Below are positions 11,815-23,406 of a stretch of DNA of 64,000 bases, in pieces. The stretch is from positions 54,932,001 through 54,996,000 of the forward strand of contig CM060732.1 in NCBI GenBank assembly GCA_030704615.1. Direction: 5' to 3'. A program made the translations under genes and the position numbers. A model generated the notes under the pieces. That model had not been told where the DNA came from and searched no databases. It saw only the letters and a list, made by a program, of their open reading frames with translations. How positions within the stretch are numbered: the first letter of the stretch is position 1; every line of letters begins with the position of its first letter. This stretch comes from Takakia lepidozioides (lineage: Eukaryota > Plantae > Bryophyta).

Positions 11815-13032
11815 CCCTTAAACGCCCAGTAGCCCGTTTTGGGCCTTTGCAATAACTTCACAGGATCTTAGCCAATTGTTTGAGTTTTGGATATGTTATG
11901 CCCAGCCACCTGGGCTAATCTGAACCGTTGGGCGATTTTCCCTGATCAAGGTTAGGGTTCCGGAATTGCTGCGAGAGTGGCAGGGGGTCAGCTTCCGCCA
12001 TTTTGCTTCTCTCTCCCAAACACTGTGCTCTGGGTCCCGCGCTTTTTGAGTTCCTCGCGCGAGTTGGAGGGTGCTTGCAGGTGGCCGTTTGGATTCCTTG
12101 CAGGTTGCCGTTGCATTTCCTTGCTCTTGTCTCCTTCTATAACTGAAGCTCCCGCCGTCGCTGCATCAGGAAGTTCTTAGCATTCAATGCGTTGTTGGCT
12201 CATTGCGGCTGGTATGACACCTCTCTTCTATTGCCTGTCATCAAGCTTTGTTTCTTCATGTATGTTGTAGATGCGAGCTTCTTCTTGCATTGAAGGCTTT
12301 GCTTCATTCCTGTAGGCTTGCAGGCAGAGGAACTTAGGGAGACAAGTTGCCAAGATTCCCTGTTGTCATTGAAGGAGAAAGAAGGCCCGTTACTGGTGAC
12401 TATATAGGAGAGGAAACATGGGTTCTGCAGACATGCCTCCAGCAGCTCCTGCGCATTTGCTAGAAGAGTCTCTTGTTATTGGCAATTGGGCTCGCGCTTT
12501 GGGCGCCTCTCCAGAGCAAGTCGCCCAATTGATTGGGTGTTTGAATGAGGATTATCTTACGTGCTTGAAGAGGCCCAAGCGGGTGAAGTGGCCTGAATTT
12601 CCAAAACCAGCCAATTTTCGGTACATATTTTGTCGTCAGGCTGCGGAGATTCTCGAGTGGGTTGATCGTAAAGAGGAAGGTGATCCACATGGCTTTTCTC
12701 CTGAGGTAAATGAGTGTTTGAGGCTATCTGTGTGGCCTGATTTTGATGGATCCTCATCTGCCACCAACGATGAGACTGAAGGCAGTAGCAAAGTCCAGAG
12801 GTAAGAACGATTCTGGGCAGACTTGATGACATTGCGAGTTCAATTTCTGGTTTTGATTCGGGTCTTGCATATTCTCTGCTTAGGTCTCAAGTTGCTAGAG
12901 ATGTCGCAGGTCATAGTCAATCTTGGGAAGATCTAGGGGTGCTGGGATCCACTATAAAGGTTGCAATGAACCATTTGTACCTGCCTAACATGGCTTCTTC
13001 TTCCAACGTCCAAGAATTTGGTTATTGTACTA
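11815..13032 (+). mobile_element. Second piggyBac, diverged subfamily, 3'-truncated
   Basis: TTAA at 11811-11814, then CCCTTAAACGCCCAGT. Shares left-end motifs with element 1 (TTGCAGGTTGCCGTTGCA). Carries the ORF1 homolog and the start of exon 2 (GHSQSWEDLGVLGSTIKVA..EFGY). No right TIR seen. Confidence 0.9.
12418..12804 (+). CDS. piggyBac ORF1 homolog (128 aa), exon 1
   Basis: Roughly 60% identical by eye to 7855-8238. The GT-AG intron 12801-12883 joins it in frame to the transposase N-terminal segment. Confidence 0.75.
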   Translation: MGSADMPPAAPAHLLEESLVIGNWARALGASPEQVAQLIGCLNEDYLTCLKRPKRVKWPEFPKPANFRYIFCRQAAEILEWVDRKEEGDPHGFSPEVNECLRLSVWPDFDGSSSATNDETEGSSKVQR

Positions 13033-13619
13033 TAGGGCTTGTATTGCCCTATAGTTGACTATTTTCATTCTCTTTGTGGTTGATAGTATGCAGGAGGGAT
13101 CCATTCTGTTTTCATGTTGGAATTTCACCATGTAATGAAGATTTTAAATCATTTAATTCACTTTCATTTTAAATAATAATATTAAAAATAATACCATTTA
13201 AAAAAAAATTCCAAGGCTGCAATCTCCCTGTTCTTTTAAATATTAAATAAAAACTAAAAAATAAAATATGAACATTAAAAATATAAACTATTTCGGAAAA
13301 CAATCTTGATGACACGTGACATCACTTTTGCTCAAACCAGAACACGTGGCAGTATACGACACGACATTCTTTATCCATATTTTCACCACGTGTAAAGATC
13401 CGTAGTCATATATGCTAGTCATATATTTTGTCTGTGTGCCATATGTCACATCTCAAGTGCAACAAGTGTCCCGCTAACAACTCTCCATGTAGACATCCCT
13501 GTAGTCATATGAGCGAGTCATGTAGTCACCACGTGTGAAATCTGTCATAGCACACGTGCCCCTCTTCCTTCATATCCCTTTTTCTTTCCGCCCGCTGCCA
13601 CCCCCTTTGTACATCGACA

Positions 13620-15290
13620 GGAAGTACATCACCCATGTTTGTATTTGCAATGCGTGTGTGATCCTGGCAGCCCTGGAAAAGGGCAAAGAGGTCCATGTTG
13701 ACATTGTCAAAGCTGGAATCGTACCAGATGTTGTTCTGAACACTGCTCTGATGAACATGTATGTGAAATTTGAGAGCATTGAGGATGCAAAGGGAGTGTT
13801 GGACAATAGGGTAGTTGCAGCCTACGGTGGACCAAAATGAGACACACCATGAGTCCCTAAAAGTACATAAAGGGGGATGTGGCGTATCCTCAACCATTGG
13901 ATTCGCTTCAATTTACGATCTCAAACGTCTATTATTGACCATTAAAGACTTTATTTTCAAATCGCGATAGTTCTAGATCACAATAGTTTTTTTTCAAATT
14001 TGACCTTGATTTACCCCATGGGTCTACCCTTGGTCTATTTATTTAATGAGGTAGTGTTGATATTTCAAAGAATTTCATACGTAAAGGACTTTACGAAAAT
14101 AGTTATTTTGAAGGCTCAAAATAGTACATAAAGTTTATTTTACTTAATATTTTTTAGTGGGTGTTTTCATTCTAAATTCTTTATCCCTCATAGCACATTT
14201 GGTCAAGTCCCTTTTTCTAATTTTTTATGAATCATGCTTTTAAAAAGTCCATAACGACATTTTATATGGAGTATAACAAATCTTTATGGACTTGCTCAAA
14301 AGTCCATAATTTCTAACTTTTTGCTTTTTTGGTTATGAGACTTGGAATAGGGGATAGCTTAGTCCTTTTTTACTATCAACATGGAGTATGATAATTCACA
14401 ACTAATCAAGGTAAAAAAAAAATAGTGTTGTGACAACATTTTTGGTCCACAGTATGCAGCTGCCTAATATGACCGAACGAGATGTGGTGTCTTGGACTGC
14501 GATGATCACAGCTCATGCACAGCAAGGGCGCGGGATGGAGGCTTTGGCAACCTATGAGCAAATGATGAGGGAAGGGGTGAAGCCCGACCAGATCATCCCA
14601 GGTTAGGTTTGCAAGGTGTGTGCGAGCCTGGCAGCGCTGGATAAGGGCAAGGAAGTCCATGGGGACATTGTCAAAGCTGGAATTTTACCAGATGTCATCT
14701 TGAATAGTACCCTGGTGGACATGTATGCTAAATGTGGGTGCATTGAGGATGCAAAGGGAATGTTCGACCTAATGGCTGAACGCAATGTGGTGTCTTGGAG
14801 CGCAATGATTGCAGGATATGCACAGCATGGGTGCGGGATGGAGGCTTTGGAGACCTATGAGCAAATGGTTTGGGAAGGGGTGAAGCCCAACCACATCACC
14901 TTTATTTGTGTTTGCAATGCGTGTGCAAGCCTAGCAGCCCTGGAGAAGGGCAAAGAGGTCCATGGTGATATCATCAAAGCGGGAATTGAACCAGAACACA
15001 ACAATACCCTCGTGGACATGTATGCCAATTGTGGGTGCATTGAGGATGCAAAGGGAGTGTTCAATAATATGACTGAAGAAGATGTGGTGTCTTGTAACGC
15101 CATGATCGCAGGATATGCACAACTTGGGCGCGGGATGGAGGCTTTGGAGACTTATGAGCAAATGTTTAGAGAAGGGGTGAAGCCCAACCACATAACGTTT
15201 GTTTGCGTTTGCAATTCGTGTGCAAGCCTGGCAGCCCTCGAAAATGGCAAAGAGGTCCATGGTGCCATCATCAAAGCTGAAATTGTGGGA
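13620..15290 (+). pseudogene. PLS-class PPR gene fragment interrupted by a TE
   Basis: Repeats such as [40 protein letters not shown], very similar to the PPR-DYW gene at 45451. No E/DYW domain; frameshifts and an insertion at 13808-14465. Confidence 0.85.
13825..14452. mobile_element. Tc1/mariner-like non-autonomous element (MITE)
   Basis: TA|CGGTGGACCAAAATG ... CATTTTTGGTCCACAG|TA with an AT-rich interior. Confidence 0.7.
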
Positions 15291-16569
15291 CAACCGCTAT
15301 CCAAGGTTGTGCCTTTTTCTTAATGTACAATGTGAAGAAGTTTGTCCATCCTCCATGGATCATGAGACAAGGTCGGGGACAATTGGTGAAGGCACATTCT
15401 TGGCCAATGTGTGCAGACATCGATTCTGTAGCCAGGATGACCTTCACATTCATGGCAGCATGCTCCGCATATCCCTTGTGCTTTCTCTGTTTTCTGATCG
15501 AGCCAAAATCCTGTCGTCATGCAGCAGATTCCTGTGGAGCGGACATGGACATTCAGCTTGGCAGTGCCGAGCTTGAGACCCTTGCAAGTGATGGTTATGA
15601 AGTCTCCCCAATATCCAGGAAATCGAAGAAGGGTACAAAAGGTATCACTTGCCTTACTTTTTTGCAGTTCTTACACTGTGTACCTTATTATCTTCTTTCT
15701 CATGCAAGAAAAATTACACCCAATTTCGCAGAATCCTCATCAACCCCTGAAACATTGGAAATTTCTCATTTGTTTCTCGTTTTGTAATTGAATTAGAGAA
15801 AGACACAGAGTGAGGGAGCTTAATTTTTTTGTGTGCCTACTCTACCATTCCCCCAACACCCTCAATTAGGAGGTGATGAAGATGTCTTAAGTGGTGTTTG
15901 CATGCAGGCCTATCACTAAGAATATAAGGGATTTCTCTCGATGTCATGTCATATCCTCCCCAATTGTGGGGCAACAGGTTTCCAAAGGTGAGGCTTTGTT
16001 CATTGTTACCCAATCTTCTTTCAGTCCAAGGGAAAGCAGAACAGAGATTTTTCTGGGTGGAGCAGGCAAGTTGCAGTGATCGATAGTAACTAACATTTGT
16101 TACCATGCCACTTGTTAGGAGGCAGTAATGCCAAAATCATTATGTTCAAAATGAGTCTTGTTGTTTGAAGCGATGATTGTAGAGCTTGGTGGTTGTAGCC
16201 TGCTTTATATGTGGTTGTGGTTGAAGCTACGGGTCCTCTGCTGCCCAGTCGTGCTTTCCTCAGAAAACTTGAATATTGCCAGATTTTGCACCTGAGCGCA
16301 GGAAGGAGGTACGTTAGATTGAGCACCCTCCGTGGGTATAAGATGGAGCACAGCCAGGTGATGGTTCAATATTCGACATGTAGTCAATGGAGCTCAGGGG
16401 AGCAAAAACCACATGTACTTTTATGATGATCCTAGGCTGAAAGATACCCACTTGCAAGGATTGTATTGGTCCAGTCTATCCTCAAGTAGGTGACTGATAG
16501 TCTGTCATCAGATAAGAAGCATGTCCTTGTCAAGAGGTCTTTCGTACGGAGTGTAGTCTGATATATTTT

Positions 16570-16995
16570 GTCATTTCAGAGTCCGGGCTCTGTTCAACTC
16601 CATGTAGCCATGTTTGTAAATATATTCCTTCATGCTCTTCAAGTTAGGGTAGCCATCTAGGTGATATAAATGTTCAACCACTATGATGTGGCTTTCATAG
16701 TGCGACATTTGAGCTTGAGTGTATAGGTTGAAGGTGTTGGTTCTTGTTGTGTAATGACCCACAGTGTAGATTTTGTGGAGAAGAACTTCTATCCAGATGA
16801 TCCCGTACTTGCCAAGTGCCTCCTCAATAATAGAGTTGTCATAGTGGTAGCTTTGACACTTCTAAATCAATTCCTATACGCTCTTCAAAGTTAGGGTAGC
16901 CTTGGTTGATAATGTTCAATCACTGTGATCTGGCCTTCATAACACAACATCTGAGCTTGAGTGTACAGGACGAAGGTATTGGTTCTTGTTGTGCA
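16570..16995 (-). pseudogene. RPL7: Ribosomal protein L7 (uL30) fragments with internal duplication
   Basis: GYPNLKSMKEYIYKHGY and DNSIIEEALGKYGIIWIEVLLHKIYTVG match eukaryotic RPL7. The GYPNLK segment occurs twice. Confidence 0.75.
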
Positions 16996-18922
16996 GAGTT
17001 AAGAATATATTCCACAAGAATACATGCCTGTCTCTCCTTAATGAACATTTAGTACATGGCCAATCAAAGATAAAACAGGGGGAAAGCACTCCTGACTTCA
17101 GTGAGAGATTTGAAAAGATAGTGAAAAATCCCGTGGATCTCATAATACAGAGGGCAATAAAGTGGACAAGTCTGTCTTTAATGGAGTTGGAATTGCAGAA
17201 ATAAAATCATAGGCCATAATACATGAGGACTTGTTAGAAACTGGTCCACAAAATGAAGGTGGGAAGCCCTGTGCTTAATTGTGCAAGTTACTCATCAGTT
17301 GGAGCGTTCTGTAGACTCAGAAGCACTGTAGAACTGAACAGTCAGGGACCTGAGAGGTCAGGGAACTCCAATAGTCAGACAAACTCAACAGTTGGCTGGA
17401 AGCAAGTGACCCGGGCTGTGGTCTAGCCATCTGAATAGGTTCGAGCTCATACGGTTCGAGCCCATACGAACCAAGGACGAGATGAGAAGGATATAGCAAA
17501 GCGGAAGAGGAGAGCAAAGCTTTTGGTTACAAAGGAAACATCCATATATTAGTCTGCAGTTTGTATATTCTCTCGGATTCCCATAAATCGCAAATAGGCT
17601 CATTCCAAAGGCCCTGCTGGCAAAAGATATCCGGCTATGGTGAGATATCTCAAACACGCTTTCTATGCTAGAGCTATGCTTATCAATTAGACTAGAAGCT
17701 GGGTGGATAACCTTCAGTGGAATCTTTGGCTCTGCTCAGGCTGTGTGCATGAGGCTCCGGCTTGTTCTCAACATTGTTCTCTGGGAGCATCTATACCAGA
17801 AACTCAACTGAAAGGAAGGAGTGCTACCGGTCAGACAGTGCTCTGAGGCCAGTCGTATTGACGAGCCCACCAAACCCTTCCACCAAACCCTTCCATCCAT
17901 GATAATTCATGAGATAATAATGGAATGTAGAGCTCCACAATCACCCAAGCAGGCAAGAGCTACATCCGGCCACATCAACAAACACTGCACAACAAATCCG
18001 CCACTCTCTTGTTTTGAAATTGGCTCCAGTCTGCATTTTCGTTCGGGCCTCATGTCTGTAGGCTTCCCGGAGAGAGCCAACCCCGAAAGGAAAAGGGCGG
18101 TAGCCACACAAGGTGAAGTGGCTCTGATTCACCGGCTTCGGCAGGTGTCTTCTCTCTCTCTCTCTCTCTTTTCCCAGGAGTTCACATGTTTTTAACCATG
18201 TGTAAAGGCCAGCCTAGGGGGGGCCTCCCGCCATGTGAGAAACCAGTGCTTATCTTCTGCCAGGGGAGCGTACAAAAACTAAATACCCGGTGGTTACGTT
18301 CTTGTGGTGGCTGTGTTAAGCCTCATGGCCTCTGAAGGTCGCGTCTTTCCCCTTTTTCATTTACTCAATATAGCTTCAGGGTTTCTTTCACCTTCCACCT
18401 AAAAAGAACAGAAATGAAAATCTGAACACATTGCTACTCACAGATGGGTCTTCTAGCTTGTGCCAAGGTACAATTGTGAGGCAACTCTGATGTACAAAGA
18501 ATCTTGCTGACAAAATAAGGGACAAAAAGGAGGGCCATCACAGACAAGCTGGGAGAGAACTCCCAATTCAACCATGGCCTGGAGTTGGGAGTTGTTTGCT
18601 TAGTCAGCATAAAAGAGCAGGGGTGAAAAACTCCATGTCGAGTTTCAAGTTGTCCGCAGCATACAACTGGTGTGTAAAGACAAGAATGACTGGAGTACTT
18701 GACTCGAGGACACACAATTGCTAAAACTCCAATGAAAGGAGGCCATACTTCATCTTTAGTCTGCAATACAGGATCCTCCGTGGGAATCCGCTGGTATGAA
18801 AACCAACTACCACCAGCATTCCAGATAGGAAAAATAAAAAGCAGCTGCCCAACTACCTCACAGGCTTTGTACCAAGGAAGGATACACCATGATCGTACCT
18901 TACAGACACTTGTGCCGCTCAC

Positions 18923-19070
18923 TACAAGCCCAGCCCAACCATGCAACCATCTCATCTCCATAACCCCTGAAAAAACTGCTTCTCCAAGTCCTCTAGAAGC
19001 CCCCTTGTCCAGGGAGGCCATAGACAAAGTCTCTGGGGGAATGCCAACCATCCACTTGACTTCCTTGCAG
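18923..19070 (-). pseudogene. Degenerate duplicate of the last exon of the RSRC2-like gene
   Basis: Reads ..LLEDLEKQFFQGLWR*DGCMVGLGL*, parallel to LQEDLEKQFTEGLRRRDGRTVGLGL* at 19243-19330. Confidence 0.7.
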
Positions 19071-19242
19071 GCACAAAATGAGAAGAGGCACAATGCAAGG
19101 CCCCATTGTTGCCATCTCTCTGCCGCAGAAGTCACTTTGCAAAGTGCTAGGATATGTCTTACTACATTCATACCCTCGCAGGTATTGGGATATGGGGACA
19201 TATCTCCAGAGCTTAAAAGTTGCTGTGCTGTTGTGCCTCTGA

Positions 19243-22200
19243 CTACAAGCCAAGCCCAACGGTGCGACCATCTCGTCTCCTCAAGCCCTCCGTGAACTGC
19301 TTCTCTAGGTCCTCTTGAAGTTCTCTTTGTTTCTCTTCGGTAAATATGGCAGTTCCTTCGGGTGGTGGTGGAACCTCCCCTTCTTTGAGGTCGCCCTTCA
19401 CGCCCTGCAAAGGGCCATTGGCAGCATAGGACACTCAGACTCTGTGGACGTGTTAGCGATATGATGGAACAACTTCAGACACATTGAACGCCAAAGAACA
19501 CACAACACCAGATAGATGGTGATCCAGAGGGTGATTCACATTTGCTTACAATATAATGAGGTACAACATTATGGACCAAATACCTCACTGCTCACTACTT
19601 TAGAAAAGACCACTCTACTGTGATCTCGTGGGCTGCAATCCAAGGAATCAATATGGAAACTTTTGGCCTTGTACTTGTAACCATTTTCACTGCCATTTTC
19701 TTTCAAGCCACAGAGACTAGTGCTGAATGTGACAGAGCACTGATACAAATAGACACAAAGCAAGTGAAATAGGAATTACCATGAGCTTATGAAATTTTTC
19801 TTGCCGGTCGCGATCAGAGAAATGGACCGTATCCCACCGATTAGTTCCTGCTGCTGCCACAACTGGCTCCTGCTTGTCAATGGACACACAAGTAAAGATT
19901 CATAGGCATAGTTACTAACACAACAGATTCGATGTAACATACACTACACAAGTCCAAAGCTTTCCTACCACCGATTATCTTCTGGCAAGTGCTGATGTCA
20001 TGGCTCATTATTGCACACAAGCACCGATCAATCCAACACAAGTCTACCCTCATGTGACCTCATGGTTTTTAAGCCCATGATTGATTTCCAAGGAAAACTA
20101 GAATAAATCAAGGAAGCATGACTGACCCTTTAGCCGAATTGCAAAGACAGGGTTCTTTATACCGTTGAAGGTTCCAGGGTCTTCCCAAGCCCTTCCCCAA
20201 CAGCTTTGCTGCTAGAGGTACTCTGCTAATCTACAAACTCAATGAGGGGATCCCAGAAATGAATCCTATCAATGCTAATTCTAGAGGTAGATGTACCTGT
20301 TCAACTGCAGCCTTCTTGCTTCCCCACAGAAGCTTCTTTTTATGGTCTGCAGACAGGAATCCAGCTAATCCCAAATTCCTGTCAACTGCAGAGCACATTT
20401 GTGATACTTATTGTGAATGACTCATCCCCCCTTACACTAGCATGATCTTATTTGAATACAAGATTCTCGACAGCCACCGCCTACGGTCCAAGGAGGAATT
20501 TCCATGCAAACACTAGATACTGCACACTATTGATAAAAGCATAGTTATGACTGCATCTAGATCAGGTCAATGACTAACTTGAACAATGAGGAGGAACCTC
20601 CCTTCAAGCTCCCACTATCAGTCACATCCTGGTCAGCAGCCATAAAAGCACACAAGAAAACACTACTGTTCTTACCTCACCTTTGAGTTATGAATATGTG
20701 AACCTTATCAAATGATCTACTCTGAAGACAAAATGCCAGAATCTCTTTGGCTTGCTGTCAATTTCCTGTCCTCGCTACCACCAGCATGAGCAAAGTTAAG
20801 AACCAGATGACAGGGCTTAAAGATCAATATTGCAACGGAACCGAGGATCCCAAAATAGAAGCAAATTTTTTAGCACTCACCCAGCTCTGCTGCCCTCATG
20901 GCTGCAAGTTTGGCAGCATTGAGATCATTTGCCACTTCTGCTGACATAGAATGCCCTGATGATGGCTCTGGCCCCCACTTTGAACTCTTTGCAGGTTTTC
21001 CATCTGGAGCAACAGATGCTTTAGTTTCTTGCCCTTGCAATGAATCTGAGTGAACCCCTGATGAAGCAGCTGGTGGTAAGGCACCTGGAGTAGCCACACC
21101 TTCAGCAGGCTCCCCCACAACAGCATGACTCTCTTCTTTAGTATCTTCTATGTCCACAGCCATCTCCGATGCAACTTTGTGTTGCCTCTTAACCTCTGAT
21201 GCCAAACCACCATGCATATCCGAACGTTTTTCAAAGTCAATGTGACTGTCTTTCTCAGTATCTTTCCTTGCAGCACCTTCACTCACCTTGACAGAGCTTA
21301 CCAATGACTTCATCTTGCCAGGTGCTACAAGGCTAGCCAGATTATTATCATTCTGAACAGGAATCTGGTCCCAGCCACTTGTTCCCCCCAAACGAGAACC
21401 TTTCTCTCTCCCTCCTCGTTCCCTATCTCCACTCCCCTTCTCAAGTCTCTCTCTCTCCCCTTTTTCCCTTCGCCTCTCCTTCTCACCTCTATCCTGGTCC
21501 CCTCCGTCCCTTTCCCCTCTATCTTTATCACGCTGCGCAAAGCCTTCAAGCTCGGCATTGGCCTTGCTCCCTTCACTCTCGAATTCATGTCGGTGGCTGG
21601 GCCTTTTCATCTCCTGGGCTGCACCTTCCTCATCTCTGCTGTCCCTTGGCCGCATACGTCTCTTGTCCCTGTCTCTATGATGATCATGATCCTTGAAATC
21701 ATCTCTCTCAGAATGTCGGTCGCATCTTACTTCCTCTCTTTCTTTCTGCCTTTCTCGCTCTTTGATTTCTTCTCTACCTCTGTACCGGTCAGCTCCCCTA
21801 TACTCATCCCTGTCCCTGTGCCTGTCCCGCTCTATCTCGTCTTCTCTATCTTTCGACTGCTCATGATCTTTAAGACTCGACCTATCCCTGTCTCTACTCC
21901 TGCCCCTCTCCCTCTCCTTTTCCCTTTCTCTCCCCTTTAGCATATCAATATCCCTCTCCATTTTTGCCTCTCTGCCTCCCACTCTGGTATTATTTCTCTC
22001 CCTCTCTCTCTCTCTTTCCCGGTCTCTTTCTCGATCTCTATCCTTCTCCTTCTCTTTTTCCCTGCCTCTGTCAATATCTTTGTCACGAAAGCCTCTGTCT
22101 TGGCTTGGTCGATCATTCCAAGCCACCCTATCAGACTCTCCAGCTCGCCTGAAATGGTCATGTCGTGCACCAGCAGCATAGGACTCCCAATTCGAATGCA

Positions 22201-23406
22201 TGGAGTGGTTATGTTCCCTGCGGTCACCCGATCCAGCATATGCTCTTCTGTTCGGATCATGATCATCAGCCTTGCTATTGCGATGATGATGATTAAGAGT
22301 ATAGGAGTGCGATTCTGAAGGTCGTTCAAAGCGAAATTCTGAAGTTGGACCCTTCTGCCCCCTCCGGCTTGGAACATCTCCTTCTCTGTAAACCTCCCTC
22401 TCTGAATCAGTTTTCCTTCCTTTCTTGGATTGGTCCAAGCCCTTCAAGCTTCCATCCCCGTGGTTTGGTGAGTGCGAAAGACTCCGGTCACGCTTCCCAG
22501 TACCTATGACAATGTGTTGACACAATGCGTGTCAGTGTAGAGAGAAGGAATTTTACATGCCTAAAGAGACCAAGGACAAGGACATGGACTTCAATAGCAT
22601 GTCACACAGAATACCTCGGGAAATCCCATTCCAAAGACAGATATCTTCTCCTTTATAAAGAGCCCAACAATTAGGGAAACAGAAACAGCAATAAAGCACC
22701 ATCCTCGAGAACTTTACTACTAGTCAACAGTTACGGGTCAAGTACTCATGAAGGATCCCTAGGCACACAAGGCAAGAATCCAAGGTCTGCATTTCCTGAA
22801 ACAGCAAATGGTTCTGAGCAAAATCGAAAACGTAGGCTTCACAAACGTTTGGCAAACTATCATTTCAGTGTTGTCGATGTATGAAGATAGAGATATTTTA
22901 CCACCACGTGGCTGACAAGCACTCCTGACCTTCAGATCCTTCTCGTCTGTGTTACATACTTATCCTAAATGATTGAGCCTGTTGAACTCTGAACTCACAC
23001 TGGCTGGGTAACAGAAAACGAGGTCCCATCAACCATCTTTTGCAAAGTGTTTAAAACAGCTAGCTTCTTGAAGAAGAAACTGAGAAAGACTGATCCATTG
23101 ATTGGTAGTATGCAATCATTTTCGTTTCACTTCATAAGGCAAATGGACTCAGAGACCATTGACGCTTCTCGAAAACCCTGAAACAACCCAACGGTACAAG
23201 CTTAAGTATGACTCTCCTATGTATTGGGGAATCACGAGAGCACCAAAAATAGAAGAAAGGCTACCTGTCGGGGGAGGCGAAGGAGACTCTGACACGGTCC
23301 GGGAGCGACAGCGATAGTTGCGATGGGAGGCATCATGAGCAGGCTTACGAAATGAGGTCCTCTGACCCGCGGCCTCCTGTGACCACCCTCCTAACCCGCC
23401 CTCCAT
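19243..23406 (-). CDS. Arginine/serine-rich coiled-coil protein (RSRC2-like, SMAP domain), 5 exons
   Basis: Phase-consistent exons 23406-23265, 22503-20881, 20385-20297, 19869-19780 and 19404-19243. RD/RE-rich middle; motifs AAKLAAMRAAEL, KKKLLWG, WDTVHFSDRDRQEKFHKLMG, GLRRRDGRTVGLGL. Confidence 0.88.

Noticed and set aside
18434-19295. Long overlapping ORFs (255 aa and 198 aa)
   Set aside because: They lie in the 3' region of the RSRC2-like gene and have no recognisable domain.
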